Shown here piece by piece: positions 39,207 through 52,690 of a DNA stretch of 64,000 bases (position 1 is its first letter; each line of letters starts with the position of its first letter). The stretch is taken from the NCBI GenBank assembly GCA_030390025.1, contig CM059430.1, positions 73,594,001 through 73,658,000 of the forward strand, in the 5' to 3' direction. This DNA is from Squalus acanthias (taxonomy: Eukaryota). The notes under the pieces were generated by a model, which saw nothing but the letters and a program-made list of their open reading frames with translations, made no database searches and had not been told where the DNA came from. A program made the position numbers and the translations under genes.

Positions 39207-41095
39207 TCAGGCTTGTGCAACACCCTTGGTTTCTCTCGTTAATGTGTCTTTGCCTATTCTAGTGCTCTGATGAAATTTTGGCCCAGTGGCTGCAGCAGGG
39301 TTGCTGGAAGGCTGCTGAGTGCCTGCGCGGGAGACTTCAGATGGCTTTGCAGTACGCCCTCCACCAGCTTTGAGACTGGAAGGCCCGGCTGTTGACTGCA
39401 CCATCTCAGCATGAGAGGCAGCAGGCTGGGCTGGCTGGATGACAGGCATCAACAAGCGCAATTCCAGAGTGGCAGTTTTGGCAACAGGAATCCTGTCATA
39501 CTGAAAGAGGACAGCAGGCTCCTGCTCCACTGACCGACTGCCACTCCCCCGGGGCAACATCTCAACATCCGTAGCAATCAGTTGGAGCAAAGATAGCTAG
39601 CCTGCTGTGACATTGTGAAAGCCCCGGTAAATCATGGTAGACTCAGACATGATGCCAGCAGTCAGAACTTGCATTGCATCAAGGTGAGACTGCATGAGTG
39701 CAGTCTGAGATTGATTGCCACCAAAAATTGAATGCATTATATCACTAAGATGTTGCGTCGCTTCCATTTGTGCTTCAGTGGAAGCTGGAATATCGCCCAT
39801 CACACATGGCATCAGGTCTGGGTCGCCACGTTCTCTCTGGGATTTTACCATCATTTGCAGACTGGAAATTATCGCCTCTTTGGTGTGCAGAGAGCCATGT
39901 GCAATGCTGAAGGCGTAATCCTCCACGCTACTTATCATTTTAGAGTAGCTCTCGGGCAACCTTGTCATTGCACCTATCATCTCCGTGTGAATGCCCAGAA
40001 CCCTTCTTCTAAATTATTCCCCATCGAGGTCCACATCTGGGTCCTGTGGAAAAGAACTCGCGTGTGATCTCGCCCTCCAGGGGGCTGGTCCCTGAGCTAC
40101 CCGTTGCCCCTGGCCTTGCTGCAACCGACACGTCCCCGGTGATACACACTGTGCTAATCCCACTACTAGCCTCTAAAGAAGACGTATTGCCAATATCTGT
40201 GCTGTCGCCTGTGAGTGAGACATGCAGTGACGTGGATTGTTCTTCCCCCTCCTCTTCTCCTGCCTCGCACTCAATGGTGCCCTCAGGGACAGGCTGCTCA
40301 GTGGCTTGCTCATTAACTAAAAGCATAAAGGCACAAGAGTCGGGTTAAGGTGAACGGAGGGGGCAGTAAGCGATAAATGCATGCATACAGCATGATGAGT
40401 TAGAAAGTGCGAAACGCTTGTGGGGTGAGGGGTAAGTGGGATGTGAGCAGAAATAGTAGGGATGAACAACCTTTGTTGCCCCCAAGGGGATCAACATCGC
40501 CGGCGGCCATGGCGCCCGGTACCTGGAGCCCAATCTTTTGCAACACACTTTCCTCCAACTGAGACAGTGGTTGGGTGTCCGCTTGTCCCTATCCTGTGCG
40601 CTCCTGCTCCCTCCTGTTGAGAGCCAACTTGGCCTTCAAGATAAATGGAAGTGTGTGACTGCGTGTGCAGAAATGTGTTTGGGGAATGTGTCTGCCATAG
40701 TTGAACAGCTCACAATGTGTGTCTGGTGTGAAATGTGGGTGTGAGTGTTCGTTGTCAGAGGTTGTTGGTGGGTGAGTGCTGGTGAGGTCGTTCTTTGGGC
40801 AGTGTGTGATGACTATGGTTCAGATAGGGGAAGAATGATGCATTTGTGGAGCTTTGACGAACCCTAACCACCCGAGCGAGGTAGTTACATTTATTCCTGC
40901 AATGTGTGTGAGTCCTGGGAAACACAGTGCTGCGCGAGACGAGCTGGGCTACCACCCTCCAAATGGTGCAGAGGACTTGCGGCGAGGGCGTCCTGCCAGT
41001 TTTTGAGTACTGCACTGCACTGCCTCTCTCCACAGCAAACACCAATACTTCCAATGCTTGATCGCAGAGTCTGGGGGTCTCTCCCTCGGTGGTGG
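39207..41095 (-). pseudogene. Harbinger Myb/SANT-like second gene (multi-exon), convergent with the transposase
   Basis: PRLCDQALEVLVFAVE...IWRVVAQLVS...RTHTHCRNKCNYL (Myb/SANT-like) followed by low-complexity ORFs 40009-40326, 39597-39980 and 39207-39590; typical two-gene Harbinger layout. Confidence 0.78.
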
Positions 41096-41099
41096 ATCT

Positions 41100-44000
41100 T
41101 ATTTTATTTTCGTTTTTGGGATGTGGGCGTCGCTGGAAAGAGCAGCATTTAAAGCGCATCATTAATTGCCCTTGAGAAGGTGGCGCTGAGCCACCTTCTT
41201 AGAAAGCTCCAGTCCGTGTTGTGAATATACTTCCACAGTGTCCTTGGGTAGGGAGTTCCAGGATTTAGACTCAGCAACGATGAATTATCAGCGATCTACT
41301 TCTAAGTCAGGATGGTGTGTGCCTTAGAGGGGAACTTGGAGGCGGTGGTGTTCCCGTGCACATGTTGACCTCATGCACATGCTGCTCTTGTCCTTCTAGG
41401 TGGAGGAGGTCGCGGGTTTGAGAGGTGCTGCCGAAGTAGATTTGTCGAGTTGCTGCATTGCATCTTATAGATGGTACAAACTGCAGCCACTGTACTCCGG
41501 TGGTGGAGAAAGTGATTGTTTAATGTATTGGAATGTGTGCCAATCAAGCGGGCTGCTTTGTCCCGGATGTTTTCGAGTTTTTTGAGTGTTGTTGGAGCTT
41601 CACTCATCCTGGCAAGTGGAGAATATTTCATCACACTCCTTACTTGTGCCTTGTCGATGGTGGAAAGTTTTCGGAGAGTCAGGAAGTGAGACACTCGTCG
41701 CAGAATACACAGCCTCTGATCTGCTCTATTTGCCACAATATTTATGTGGCTGGTACAGTTAAGTTTCTTGTCAATGGTGACCCCCAGGATGTTGCTGGTG
41801 GGGGATTCGGCGATGGTAATGCCATTGAATGTCAAGGGCGGTGGTTAGAATCTCGTTTGTTGAAGATAGTGATTGCCTGGCACTTCTGTGGCGCGAAAGT
41901 TACCTGCCACTTATCAGCCCAAGCCTCAACGTCATCCAGGTATTGCTGCATGCGGGCAGGGAATGCATCATTATCTGAGGACTTGTAAACGGCTCTGAAC
42001 ACTGTGCAGTCATCAGCGAACATCTCAATTTCTGAATTTATGTTGGAGGGAAGTTCGTTGAAGAAGCAGCTGAGGATGGTTGGGCACAGGACACTGCTCT
42101 GAGGAACTCCTGCAGCGTTGCCCTGGGTCTTGAATGATTGACTTTCAACCACCACAACCACCTTCCTTTGCTAGGTATGACACCAGGCTGTGGAGAGTTT
42201 TCCCCCCGATTCCCATTGACTTCAGTTTTACTCGGTCTCCTTGATGCCACACTCGGTCAAGTGCTGCCTTGATGTCAAGGGCGGTCAATCTCACATCACC
42301 TCTGGAATTCGGCTCCTTTTTTCATGTTTGGAGGAAGGCTGTAATGAGGTCGGGAGCCGAGTGGTCTTGGCGGAACCCAAACTTGGCAATAGTGAGCTGT
42401 TTATTGATGAGTAAGTGCTGCTTGATAGCACTGTTGATGACACCTTCCATCACTTTGCTGATGATTGAGAATAGACTGATGAGATGGTAATTGGCCAGAA
42501 AGAAATTGTCCTGCTTTTTGTGGACAGGACATAACTGGGCAGTTTTCCACATTGTCAGATAGATGCCAGTGTTGTAGCTGTACTGGAACATCTTGGCTAG
42601 AGGCGCAGATAGTTCTGGCGCACAAGTCATCATCACGATAGCAGGGATGTTGTCGTGGCCCATAGCCTTTGCTGTATCGAGTGCGCTCAACCGTTTCTTG
42701 ATATCACGTGGAGTGAATGGAATTGGCTGAAGACTTGCTTCTGTGATGGTGGGGAACGCAGAAGTAGGCCGATATGGATCGTCGACTTGGCACTTCTGGC
42801 TGAAGCTGGTGCAAACGCTTTAGCCTTGTCTTTCACATTCAAGTGCTGGGCTCCACCATCATTGATGATGGGGATATTCATGGAGAATCCTCCTCCAATT
42901 AGTTGTTTAATGACCCATCACCATTCACGACTGGATGTGGCAGGACTGCAGAGCTTTGATCTGATCCGTTGATTGTGGAATCGCTTAGCCCTCTCGGTAG
43001 TCTGCTGCTTCCGCTTTTTAGCTTGCATGTAGTCCTATGTTGCAACTTCCCCAGGTTGGTCCCTCCATTTTAAGAACGCATGATGCTGCTCCTGGAATGT
43101 TCTTTTCCACTCCTGATTGAACCAGTGTTGGTCCCCTGGCTGATGGTAATGGTAGAATAGGGAATTTGCCGAATGATAAGGTTACAGATTGTGGTGGAAT
43201 ACAATTCTGCTGCTGCTGATGGCACACTGCGCCTCATGGATGCCCAGTTTAGAGCTGCTATTTCTGTTTTCAATCTATCCCATTTAGCACGGTGGTAATG
43301 CCACACAACACGATGGAAGGTGTCCTTTGTGTGAAGACGGCACTTCATCTCGATAATGACTGTACAGTGGTCACTGCGACCAATACTGTCATGGACAGGT
43401 GCATCTGCGACAGATAGATTGGTGAGGACGTGGCCAAGTAGATTTTTCCCTCATGTTGGTTCTCTCACCACCTGTCGCAGACCCAGACTGACAGCTATGT
43501 CCTACAGTACTCGGCCAGCTCGGTTAGTCGTGGTGCTACCGAGCCACTCTTGGTGATGGACATTGAAGTCACACATCCAGTTTACATTATGTGCCCTTGC
43601 TAGTGTCAGTGCTTCTTCCATGTGGTGTTCAACATGTAGGAGTACAGAGTCATCAGATGATGGAGGGTGGTATTTCATAGTCAGCAGGAGCTTTCTTGCC
43701 CATGCTTAACTTGAAGCCATGAGACTTCATGTGGACCGAAGTCAATGTTAAGCGATCCCAGGGCCACTCCTTCCAGACTGGATACCACTGTGCCGCCACC
43801 CCTGTTGCGTCTGTCCTGCAGGCGGGGCAGGTCATAACCAGGAATGGTGATGGAGGAATCTGGGACATTGGCTGAAAAGTCTGATTCTGTGAGTATGAAT
43901 ATGTCACGCTGTTGTTTGACTAGTCTGTGCAACAGATCTCCCAATTTTGGCACAATTCCCCAGATGTTGGTGAGGGGGAATTTTCAGGGTCGATTGGGCT

Positions 44001-44975
44001 GGTTGTGCCATTGTTCTGTCCGTAGCCAGTGCCGAGGTCGATGCCGGGTGTTCCGTCCAGTTTCATTCTTATTATTGGGCCAAAAATTCATCTCGCGTAT
44101 TCTCTCTCCAATTGCCGGTTTTCTGCATGCCCTGCGCATGCGCTGAAAACCGGCAATTGGTCTTTTGAAAAGGGGGCGGTTCCTCGGTGCATCGCGTGTG
44201 CGCTACAGGCTGCGCGCACGCTGTGCACTTCATGCTTTGGACGCGCAGGTAAGTACGGAAGATTTTAGAAATGGAAAAAGGAGGAGTAAGACCCACTTTT
44301 AACAAGGTAAGTAGTGAATTAAGTTTTTTTTGAATTTTTTTTAACAGCTATATCTTTGTTAGAGACTTTAAAGACAGGTAAGTTTATTTTTATAACTTTT
44401 TAAAAGATTTTAAATTTTTTCAAAAATTTAATTTTTTACTTTAAATGGTTAATTTATTTAACTATACTTATTTTATTAATGTGATGTTTTTTTTTTAATT
44501 TAATTGAGGTTTAGCTGTTATTTTGGGGGGTGTAAGATTCATAGATTTCACAGCACGGAAGTGAAATTATGAATGGATGATGGTGTGCTGCCATTGGCTC
44601 TAACTGAGTCACGTGATCCCACAGCTCGCACGAATTCACTACGCCGGTGGGATACGCAAGCACTGCCCAGCTGATGTCTGGAACATCAAGTTCGTGCGAG
44701 CTGGATCTGAAGAAGCACAAGCGGAGTGAGAGAGCGCGGGGAAGCCTTACCCCCGCGGGAACAGAGCGAGATCAATTTCTGGGCCATTGTGTTTTGTAGC
44801 GGTTTGTTACAACTGAGAGGCTTGCTAGGCCATTTGAGATGGCAGTTAAGATTCAACCACATTGCCGTGGGTCTCGTGTCATATATAGGCCATACCAGTT
44901 AATTACAGCAGATTTCCTTCCCTGAAGGACAGTAGGTGAACCAGATGAGATTTTACAGCATTCCGATAGTTTCAT
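41100..44975 (-). mobile_element. Near full-length LINE family B (APE + RT), inserted next to or into the Harbinger Myb gene
   Basis: APE: DIFILTES, RLQDRRNRGGGTVV. RT: GVPQSSVLCP, MFADDCTVF. 3' end at ~41100. Confidence 0.9.
44077..44785. mobile_element. Harbinger-type MITE, copy 2, nested in LINE-B
   Basis: TIR GGGCCAAAAATTCATCTCGC / GCGAGATCAATTTCTGGGCC; TSD ATT (44074-44076, 44786-44788). Confidence 0.9.
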
Positions 44976-47220
44976 GGCCTCCATCACTACCTGCCATCAA
45001 TAGTGCTGCTTGAGATGTCCAGCTTCTTCTGCTTGATCTGCTGTTGCTTGCTGATGCAGCTGCAGAGCCTGCAATACTGAGATTGAGGTGCTGCAGCATC
45101 ATGAACCTCCTCTTTAAGAACTGGTAACAGCCTTTAGCAATAATGACCTGCGATTAAACCGCACCTGATATTGGTCAAGCCTTTGAGTGTAACAACAATG
45201 AAGTGCGGCTTTGACGCTTGATTTAACGCTCCAATCATTTCTTTGAGCAATAGCAGGAATTCTGTTTGCAGTCTCAAGTAAGAGCGCCAGGTGCTAATTC
45301 TCAAACTTTTCTAAAGGTACTGCCCATTACTAGCCTATTATAAATTTCTAGCCCCTGCACTTTATTCTACCTCCTCTTTATCAATTTTATCCAATCGAGT
45401 ATCTCAGTTACTTTCTCTTTTTAAATTATATTGGCAACATCTTCTTCCTTGGTAAAGGCTGTTGCAAAGTATTCATTTAGTATCTCAGCCATGACATCTA
45501 CCTCCATGCGTAGATCTACTTTTTGGACCCTGATCGGTCCACCCCTCCTCTTACTATGTGTTTACTATTTATGTGCTTACAGAAGACTTTTGGACTCCCT
45601 TTTCTGTTAGCTGCCAATCTATTATCATATTCTCTCTTTGCCCCTCTTATTTCCCTTTTCACTTCCCCTCTGAACTTTCTTTATTCAGCCTGGATGTTAC
45701 GAGTATTCTCAAACTGACATCTGTCACACGTCCCCATTTTCTGCTTCATCTAACTCTCTACATCTTTCATCATCGAGGGAGATCTGACTTTGGTTGCCTT
45801 ACCTTTCCCCCTCGTGGATATGTGCCTCGAATGTAACTAAACCATCACCAATTTAAAGGCAGCCGGTTGTTCGATTACAATTTTGCCTGCCAATATTTGA
45901 TTGCAATTTACCTGGGCCTGATCCATTCTCAGCACTCGCAAATTGGCTTTCCTATAATTAAGGATTTTTACTCTAGATTGTTCCCTGTGCTTTTCCATCG
46001 CGATTCTAAATGTTATGATACTATGATCACTTTTCCCTAAATAATCCCCTAGTTACACTTGCTCCACTTGATTCACCTCATTCCCCAGAACCAGATCCAG
46101 CAATGCTTCCTTCCTCGTTGGGGCGGATACATACCAATCAAGAAAGCTCTCTTGAACGCAGTTCATAAATTCTTCACCCTCTCCGCACATTACACTGTTT
46201 CTATTCCGGTCTAAATTAGGAAAGTTGCAGTCGCACATTATCCCCACTCCATAGTTCTTCACTTCTCTGTAATTTCCATGCAAATGCTCCTCTTTCTCCT
46301 TCCCACTAGTTGCTGGCCTATGGAATATACATAGTAGTTTAATGGCACCTCTATAGCTTCTTACCTCTCATCAAATAGATTCTGCACTTCACACCTCCAG
46401 AGCACCCTCTCTCTCCAGAAATTTAATATTCCCCTTAATCAATACTGCCACCCCATGTCCTTCCTTTCCTTCCCTTTCTTTCCTAAACACTTTATATGCA
46501 GCGGTATGCAGTACACAATCCTGATCTTTTTTGGGCCAGGTCTCCGTTATCGCCTCGACATCCTATTCACATGTGCCTATTTGCATCTGACGCCCACGAA
46601 CCGTATTTACCACGCTTCGTGCGTTAGACCTTCTTGTCTTCTCTCTTATTCTGACCGGACCTCATACCGTTTAATTTCTAACTCTAGTGCTATCAGTCTC
46701 TCCCAATCCTTTGTGCACCTGGTTTCTCCGTTATATTGCTGCATCCTGGTGCCCATTACCAGCAAAATTAATTTAATCCCTTCCCAACAGCACTATAAAT
46801 CCCAACCCCCCCCCCGCAACCCACCCCGCGACGACATTCGTCCTAGCTCTGTTGAAGTGAAACCCGTCCGGAATGTACAATTCCCAACTCCCCCTGAAAC
46901 GGTCCCAATGTCCCAGGAATCTAAAGCCCTCTCTCCTGCACCTTCTCTCCAGCCACGCGTGCATCTGCTCTATCCTTCTATTTCGATATTCACTCGCTCG
47001 TGGCATCGGGAGCAATCCTGTAATCACTAATTTTGAGGTCCTTTTACTAATCTCTTTCCTAGCTCCCTAAAATGTGTTTGCAGTACCTCTTCCCTCTTTC
47101 TATTTATGACATTGATGCCGCTGTGGACCACGACCTCGTGCTGTTCACTATACCCCCCAGGATGTCCTACAGCTGCTTCGTGACACGTTGGTCCCTGTCA
47201 CCAGGGAGGCAACATACCAT

Positions 47221-47319
47221 GAAATAACAACAGAAAACGCTGGAAAAACTCAGCAGGCCAGGCAGCATCCGTGGAGAGAGAAAGAGAGTTAACGTTTCAG
47301 GTCGATGACCTTTCGTCAG
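47221..47319 (-). mobile_element. 99-bp Penelope-terminus mini-insertion with 10-bp TSD
   Basis: TSD AACATACCAT at 47211-47220 and 47320-47329; identical by eye to 60437-60535. Confidence 0.88.
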
Positions 47320-47322
47320 AAC
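47287..47322 (-). ncRNA. Minimal type I hammerhead ribozyme motif
   Basis: GUU-CUGACGA-A-AGGUC-auc-GACCU-GAAA-CG-UU-AAC(U) on the minus strand. Confidence 0.72.
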
Positions 47323-48585
47323 ATACCATCGCTGAATCACGTCTGCGGCCGCAGAGACGCCTGTCTGTTTACCTAACTACTGAATCCACCATCACTTTTG
47401 CTTTCACAATAATCCTTCGCCCCCCACCCTCCCCACAACCATCCCGCTCTGTACAGCTGAGTCACTCATCGGGCTGAGGACTTGGCTCTGGCGGGTGAGA
47501 TGCACTTAGGGGACTCCTGCACTATCTGTCTGGTCATCCATGTCTGTCTGGTAGTCACTCATTCCCTCTCTGCCTGCACACTCTTAAGCTGCGGGGTGAG
47601 CTCCTCCTGAAACGTGCTATCCACTAGCACTCAGGTTTGTGGATGCATCGCAGTGACGACAGCTGCTGCTGAATCTCCATAAGTCAGAGCTCGAGCTCCC
47701 CCGTCTGACGATACTTCCTGCACATGTGGGTGTCCAGGACATGCGAAGTGTCAAGGCGGTCCCTCGTGGCACAAGATGTCCATTCCACGGTACTGAGGTA
47801 CCGTGTCATGCCTCTATTTAATAGACTCTTATCTAACTTAACAGAATTAAACTCCAGACTTAAAAAAAATAACAGTATACTCACCAATCAGCTGCTTCCG
47901 TTGTTTTGACGTGACTTTAGTTTTTTTTAACTCGCTCCCTCTCGGTGGCACTCCCTCTGGGCACCGGACTCACGGATCTACCTTTATCTCCTGCAGCTCC
48001 TCTCGCTCTACCGCAGGTCCACTCTCCGGTGTGCCTTTAACTCCAGCCGTTCCTCTCGCTCTACCGCAAGTCCCCTCTCAGGCCTATTAAATAAGAGTCC
48101 TTACAGATGGAGGTGATAATAGAAGATTTTCTGGTGCAGGTAGAGGGCATGGCTGAGGTACAAAATGACTTTATATGCATCTGCCTTCACTGGAGAAGAG
48201 GATGCTGCCAATGTAGCTATAAAGGAGGAGGCAGAAGCAATGTTAAATAGGATGTACTTAAATGATGGTAGTGTTAAAAATAGAAAAGACATCCTGTCTG
48301 GATGTGCTTCATCCTAGGGAATTAATGTTGTAAATTGCATGGGCACTGGCCACAGTCTTCCAATCCTCCTTGGATATTGGATTGGTTCCAAAGAACTGGT
48401 GGGTGCAAGTGTTACCCACCTGTTTAAGAAATCAGAAAGGGATAACCGAGGCAACTGCAGACCAGTCAGCCGAACGTCGGTGGTGTGGTACTTCATAGAG
48501 ACAACAATCCGGGACAAAATGAATTGTCACTTGGAAAAGTATGGGCTAATAAATGAAAGCCAGCACGAATTTGTTAAAGGCAAAT

Positions 48586-48827
48586 TGTGGCGGAACGCCA
48601 CCTAAACGGGCATTAACAACTTGTCCATCCGTGGACAATATATCGATGCACCTTCCCTTTAAGGAACCTTATCTTTAAGGCAGGTGTGGGCGGGGCCTCA
48701 GGGTTTTTCCAGAGAATTCTAGGAGCAGTCTGTTCAGCCATTTTGTGCCATGCAGTGATATTAAAAAAGTCTCTTGTTTTCCACACATGGATTCAGCCAT
48801 AATTCCTGTTTCGCGGCAGCCTCCACA
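48586..48827 (+). repeat. 5' LTR
   Basis: tgtggcgga...gcagcctccaca; about 30 mismatches vs the 3' LTR by manual alignment. Confidence 0.95.
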
Positions 48828-48828
48828 T

Positions 48829-48842
48829 TGGTGACCCCGACG
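48829..48842 (+). promoter_or_regulatory. Primer binding site complementary to tRNA-Trp 3' end
   Basis: TGGTGACCCCGACG, 1 nt after the LTR. Confidence 0.85.
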
Positions 48843-48867
48843 CTCAGAACGTATTCCGAGCACTGCA

Positions 48868-51800
48868 ATGGCGGACACAAACGCAGTTTTTGTGAAACTG
48901 TCGGAGTTTTGGAAAAAACAGCCCGAAGCCTGGTTTCTCCAAGCTGAATCTCACTTCTGGCTACGAAATATCACAACAGATGGGACGAAGTACGACTATC
49001 TCGTCACATCACTCGGTAGCGCCACAGTTTCGAAGGTTTTGGACAGCACTGCAGAACCCACCAGAGGAATGCAAGTACGCACTTCTCAAGACAGCGCTCC
49101 TTAAAAAATTTACGTTCTTGGCATATCAGCGATACTGCCGCCTCCTCGACCTTCCAAGCCTCGGTGATGCCTCACTGTCAGACCTCCTCTCCCACATGCT
49201 CTCCCTCACCGACGAGAGCCCACCCGGATCCCTCTTCCGCATGCTGTTCATCCGCCAGCTCCCTCTCAGCATCCGCCCAGCGATCGTTGCGTCCGGCCTC
49301 ACGAACCTGGAAGCCCTGGCCGATGAGGCCAAACAAAGCTGCTGTCCGCTCACTCCAGCCGCGACGTCACACCGGACCTGGCAGCCAAAGCCTGGGCGCA
49401 CCCCTCACCGGCCACCATGCAGCCACAAGGACCTGCCACCAGGCCCACGGGGCCTACACGTCCCACTAACCCGGGCCACTGTTACTACCATGCACGGCTC
49501 GGCGCCAGGGCACAATGATGCACAACTCCCTGCTCTTTCAAGTCCGCCCCCGTACCAGCCCCCGCAATGGCCGTGGGCCATGCGGGCTCCCTGCTGTTCA
49601 TCACGGATGACGAAACCGGCCGCCGGTTCCTGTGCAACACTGGGGTTCAGCACAGCTTCATCCCGGCCTCATCCCTCGTCATCCAAAAGGTCGAACGAGG
49701 ACCGGCGCTGGCTGCTGCTAACGGCTCAGAAATCCAGACGAATGGCACCGGGACAGTCACCCTCGACCTCGCTGGTCGCCGCTACCGATGGGAGTACATC
49801 ACTGCCAAGGTGCTCTCACCTCTCATCGGCGCAGATTTCCTGTGCACCCACGGCCTACTGGTAGACATCCCCCGTCACCGCCTCGTGGACATGAACAGCA
49901 TGTCCCCCATCCTGGGCGCCATGGCACCCCGTCAACCCGCCAACATGGCGTCACAGTGCCACACCCGGGCCACAGATGACTACACGGAACTCCTGCCCGA
50001 ATTTCCGGCCCTTACCAATCCCACCGTCTCCGCGGAGGCCGCCAAACACGTGGTGGAACACTTCATCCCCACCACAGGCCCCCCAGTGTACACCCACGCC
50101 TGCAGGCTGGACCCGACCAAACTGGAGATCGCGCGGACCGAGTTTGCCACCATGGAACAGCTCGGCATCATCCACCACTACAGCAGTCCCTGGGCCTCCA
50201 CACTCCACATCGCCCCCAATCCAGGCGGAGCTTGGCGCCCCTGCGGGGATTACAGCCTCCTCAACGACGCCACCACCCCTGATCGGTACCCCATGCCGCA
50301 CATTCAGGACTTCTCGGCTAGACTGGCCGGCTGCTCAGTCTTTTCCAAGGTCGACCTGGTGCGCGGTTATCACCAAGTCCCCGTCCACCCCGCGGACGTC
50401 CCCAAGACGGCTGTAATCACCCCGTTCGGCCTGTTCGAGTTCCTGCAGATGCCCTTCGGCCTGAAAAACGTGGCCCAGGCATTCCAACGGCTCATGTACT
50501 CGGTCCTTCGGGACCTGAAGTTCCTGTTCGTCCACCTGGACAAAATCACGGTAGCCAGACCCTCCAAGCAGGAACGCCTCGAACATCTTTGCATCCTGTT
50601 CGGGCGCCTCAGCGACCACGGGCTCATCCTTAGCCCAGCCAAATGCCAGTTCGGCCTGGACAACATCGACTTCCTCGGCCACCACATCACCCATGATGGG
50701 GCCATTCCCCTGCCCACCAAGCTGCAGGCCGTCCAACAATTTCCCCGCCCCACCACCATCAAAGGCCTCCAGGAGTTCCTCGGGATGGTGAATTTCTATA
50801 ACTGCTTCATCCCCAAAGCGGCGTCCCTCATGAGGCCCCTGTATGAAGCCCTCCGGGGCAGGAGCGGCAAGATCGCTGTCAAATGGGCGGCAGCTGCGCC
50901 CGCCGCCTTCAACCCCATCAAGACTGCGCTCGCCAACGCCATTATGCTCACGCACCCACGGCCCAATGCCAGGGTAGCGCTCACCACGGAAGCTTCCGAA
51001 CACACGGTCGACGCCATGTATGAGCAGTGGGTCGACGGTGCTTGGCAACCACTTGCCTTTTCACCCGCCAACTAGGCCCCCCGGAGGTCAATTACAGCAT
51101 CTTCGACCACGAGCTCCTCGCGCTGCTCCTGGCAGTCGCCCATTTCCGGTTTTTGCTGGAGGGCCACCCCTTCACTGTGTTTGTCGACCACAAGCCCCTG
51201 ACATTCGCAATGGCAAAGTCAACCAACCCCTGGTCTGCAAGGCAGCAGCGCCAGCTCGCGGCAGTGTCCGAGTTCACCACGGACATCCAACATGTCTCCG
51301 GCCGAGACAATGTGGTAGCCGAGTGCCTTTCCCGCCCCGCACACCTGTCAGTCGACTACACTCAATTCGCAGCAGAACAGATCACCGACCCTGATCTGCT
51401 CTCCGCACCCACCAACCTACCAGGGCTACGCCTGGCTGACGTCGCCTGTGGCCCGACCGCATTCAGGGTCAAATGCGACATATCCCTATGTTAACCTCGG
51501 CCCGTCATCCCAGCGTCCTGGCTCCATCGTGTATTCGACATTATCGACAACCTCTCCCACTCCGGCGCCCGTGCATCCATCAAATTGGTAGCCAACCATT
51601 TCATCTGGCGCGGCCTTCGCAAGAATGTGCGTACTTGGGCCAACTCCTGCCTAGCCTGCCAATGGGCCAAGGTACAGCATCACACGAAAGCACCCCTTGA
51701 GGAGTTTACCGTCCCCTCACGGAGATTCGAACACATCCACGTGGACATCGTCGGGCCCTTGCCGCCGTCGCAAGGACACACGCACTTGCTGAACATCGTT

Positions 51801-52670
51801 GACCGCACCACACGCTGGCCCGAGGCATTACCACTGACCTCTACCACCACCGCCGACATCGCCAGAGTCTTTGTCAGCACCTGCGTCGCACGGTTCGACG
51901 TCCCCTCCGACATGACGTCGGACAGAGGTCCGGAATTTACCTCTGAACTCTGGACCGCCGTCGCACTCAATCTCGGCGTGACCATTCAGCGCACCACAGC
52001 GTACCACCCCCAAGCCAACGGACTGTGTGAGCGGTTCCACAGATTCATGAAGGCATCTCTTTGAGCCAGCCTCCAGGATGGCGCCTGGACTGACCGACTT
52101 CTGTGGGTCCTCCTCAGCCTGCGCACCGCGGTTAAAGAAGACCTCCATGCATCGGCAGCAGAGCTTGTGTACGGTCAGCCGCTGCGCGTACCCGGCAAGT
52201 TCCTGCCCACCGCCACGACACCCTGGTCAGCCGATCAGCAACGCCACGACTTCGCCTCAACGGTGCTGCAGTTCGCCCTGGTGCCCATTGCCCGATACGG
52301 CGAATCCACCTCAGATGTCCCACTAAGCCTGCACCAGGCACGGTTTGTTTTTGTCCGACACGACGCCCACCGCGTACCCCTTCAACCCCCGTACGACGGG
52401 CCCTACAAGGTGCTACAGGTTTGGGACAAATTTTTCACCCTGCAAGTGTGCGAAAGGACCAAAAAAGTGTCGGTTGACCGACTCAAGCCAGCACACTCGG
52501 AGCCCGATGAGCAGCTCCCTGTAGCTCATCCACCTCCACGCGGCCGACCTGCCCTCAAGCCGGTTCACCCGGCTGCTCCATGCCCGGCCGTCCCACGTCC
52601 ACCGGCGGCCGACAAGAGCCACGCCGGCCGGCCCATCAGACCACCGCACCCTCTCGTCCACACCTCCTAA
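48868..52670 (+). pseudogene. Gypsy gag-pol (frameshifted, with stops)
   Basis: gag: VKLSEFWKKQPEAWFLQAE. PR: FLCNTG. RT: FSKVDLVRGYHQ, MPFGLKN, VHLDK. RNase H: TEAS, DHKPL. IN: HVDIVGP, TSDRG, NGLCERFHR, PPYDGPY. Confidence 0.95.
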
Positions 52671-52690
52671 GCGGATTCTGCGGGGAGCTG

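Larger units (their letters stand above)
45300..48090 (-). mobile_element. CR1 5' half (5' UTR, ORF1 esterase, APE)
   Basis: GFRFLGHWDRF...DGFHFN (ORF1); PTRKEALLDLVLGNE (APE); short tandem repeats in the 5' UTR near 48000-48070. Confidence 0.85.
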
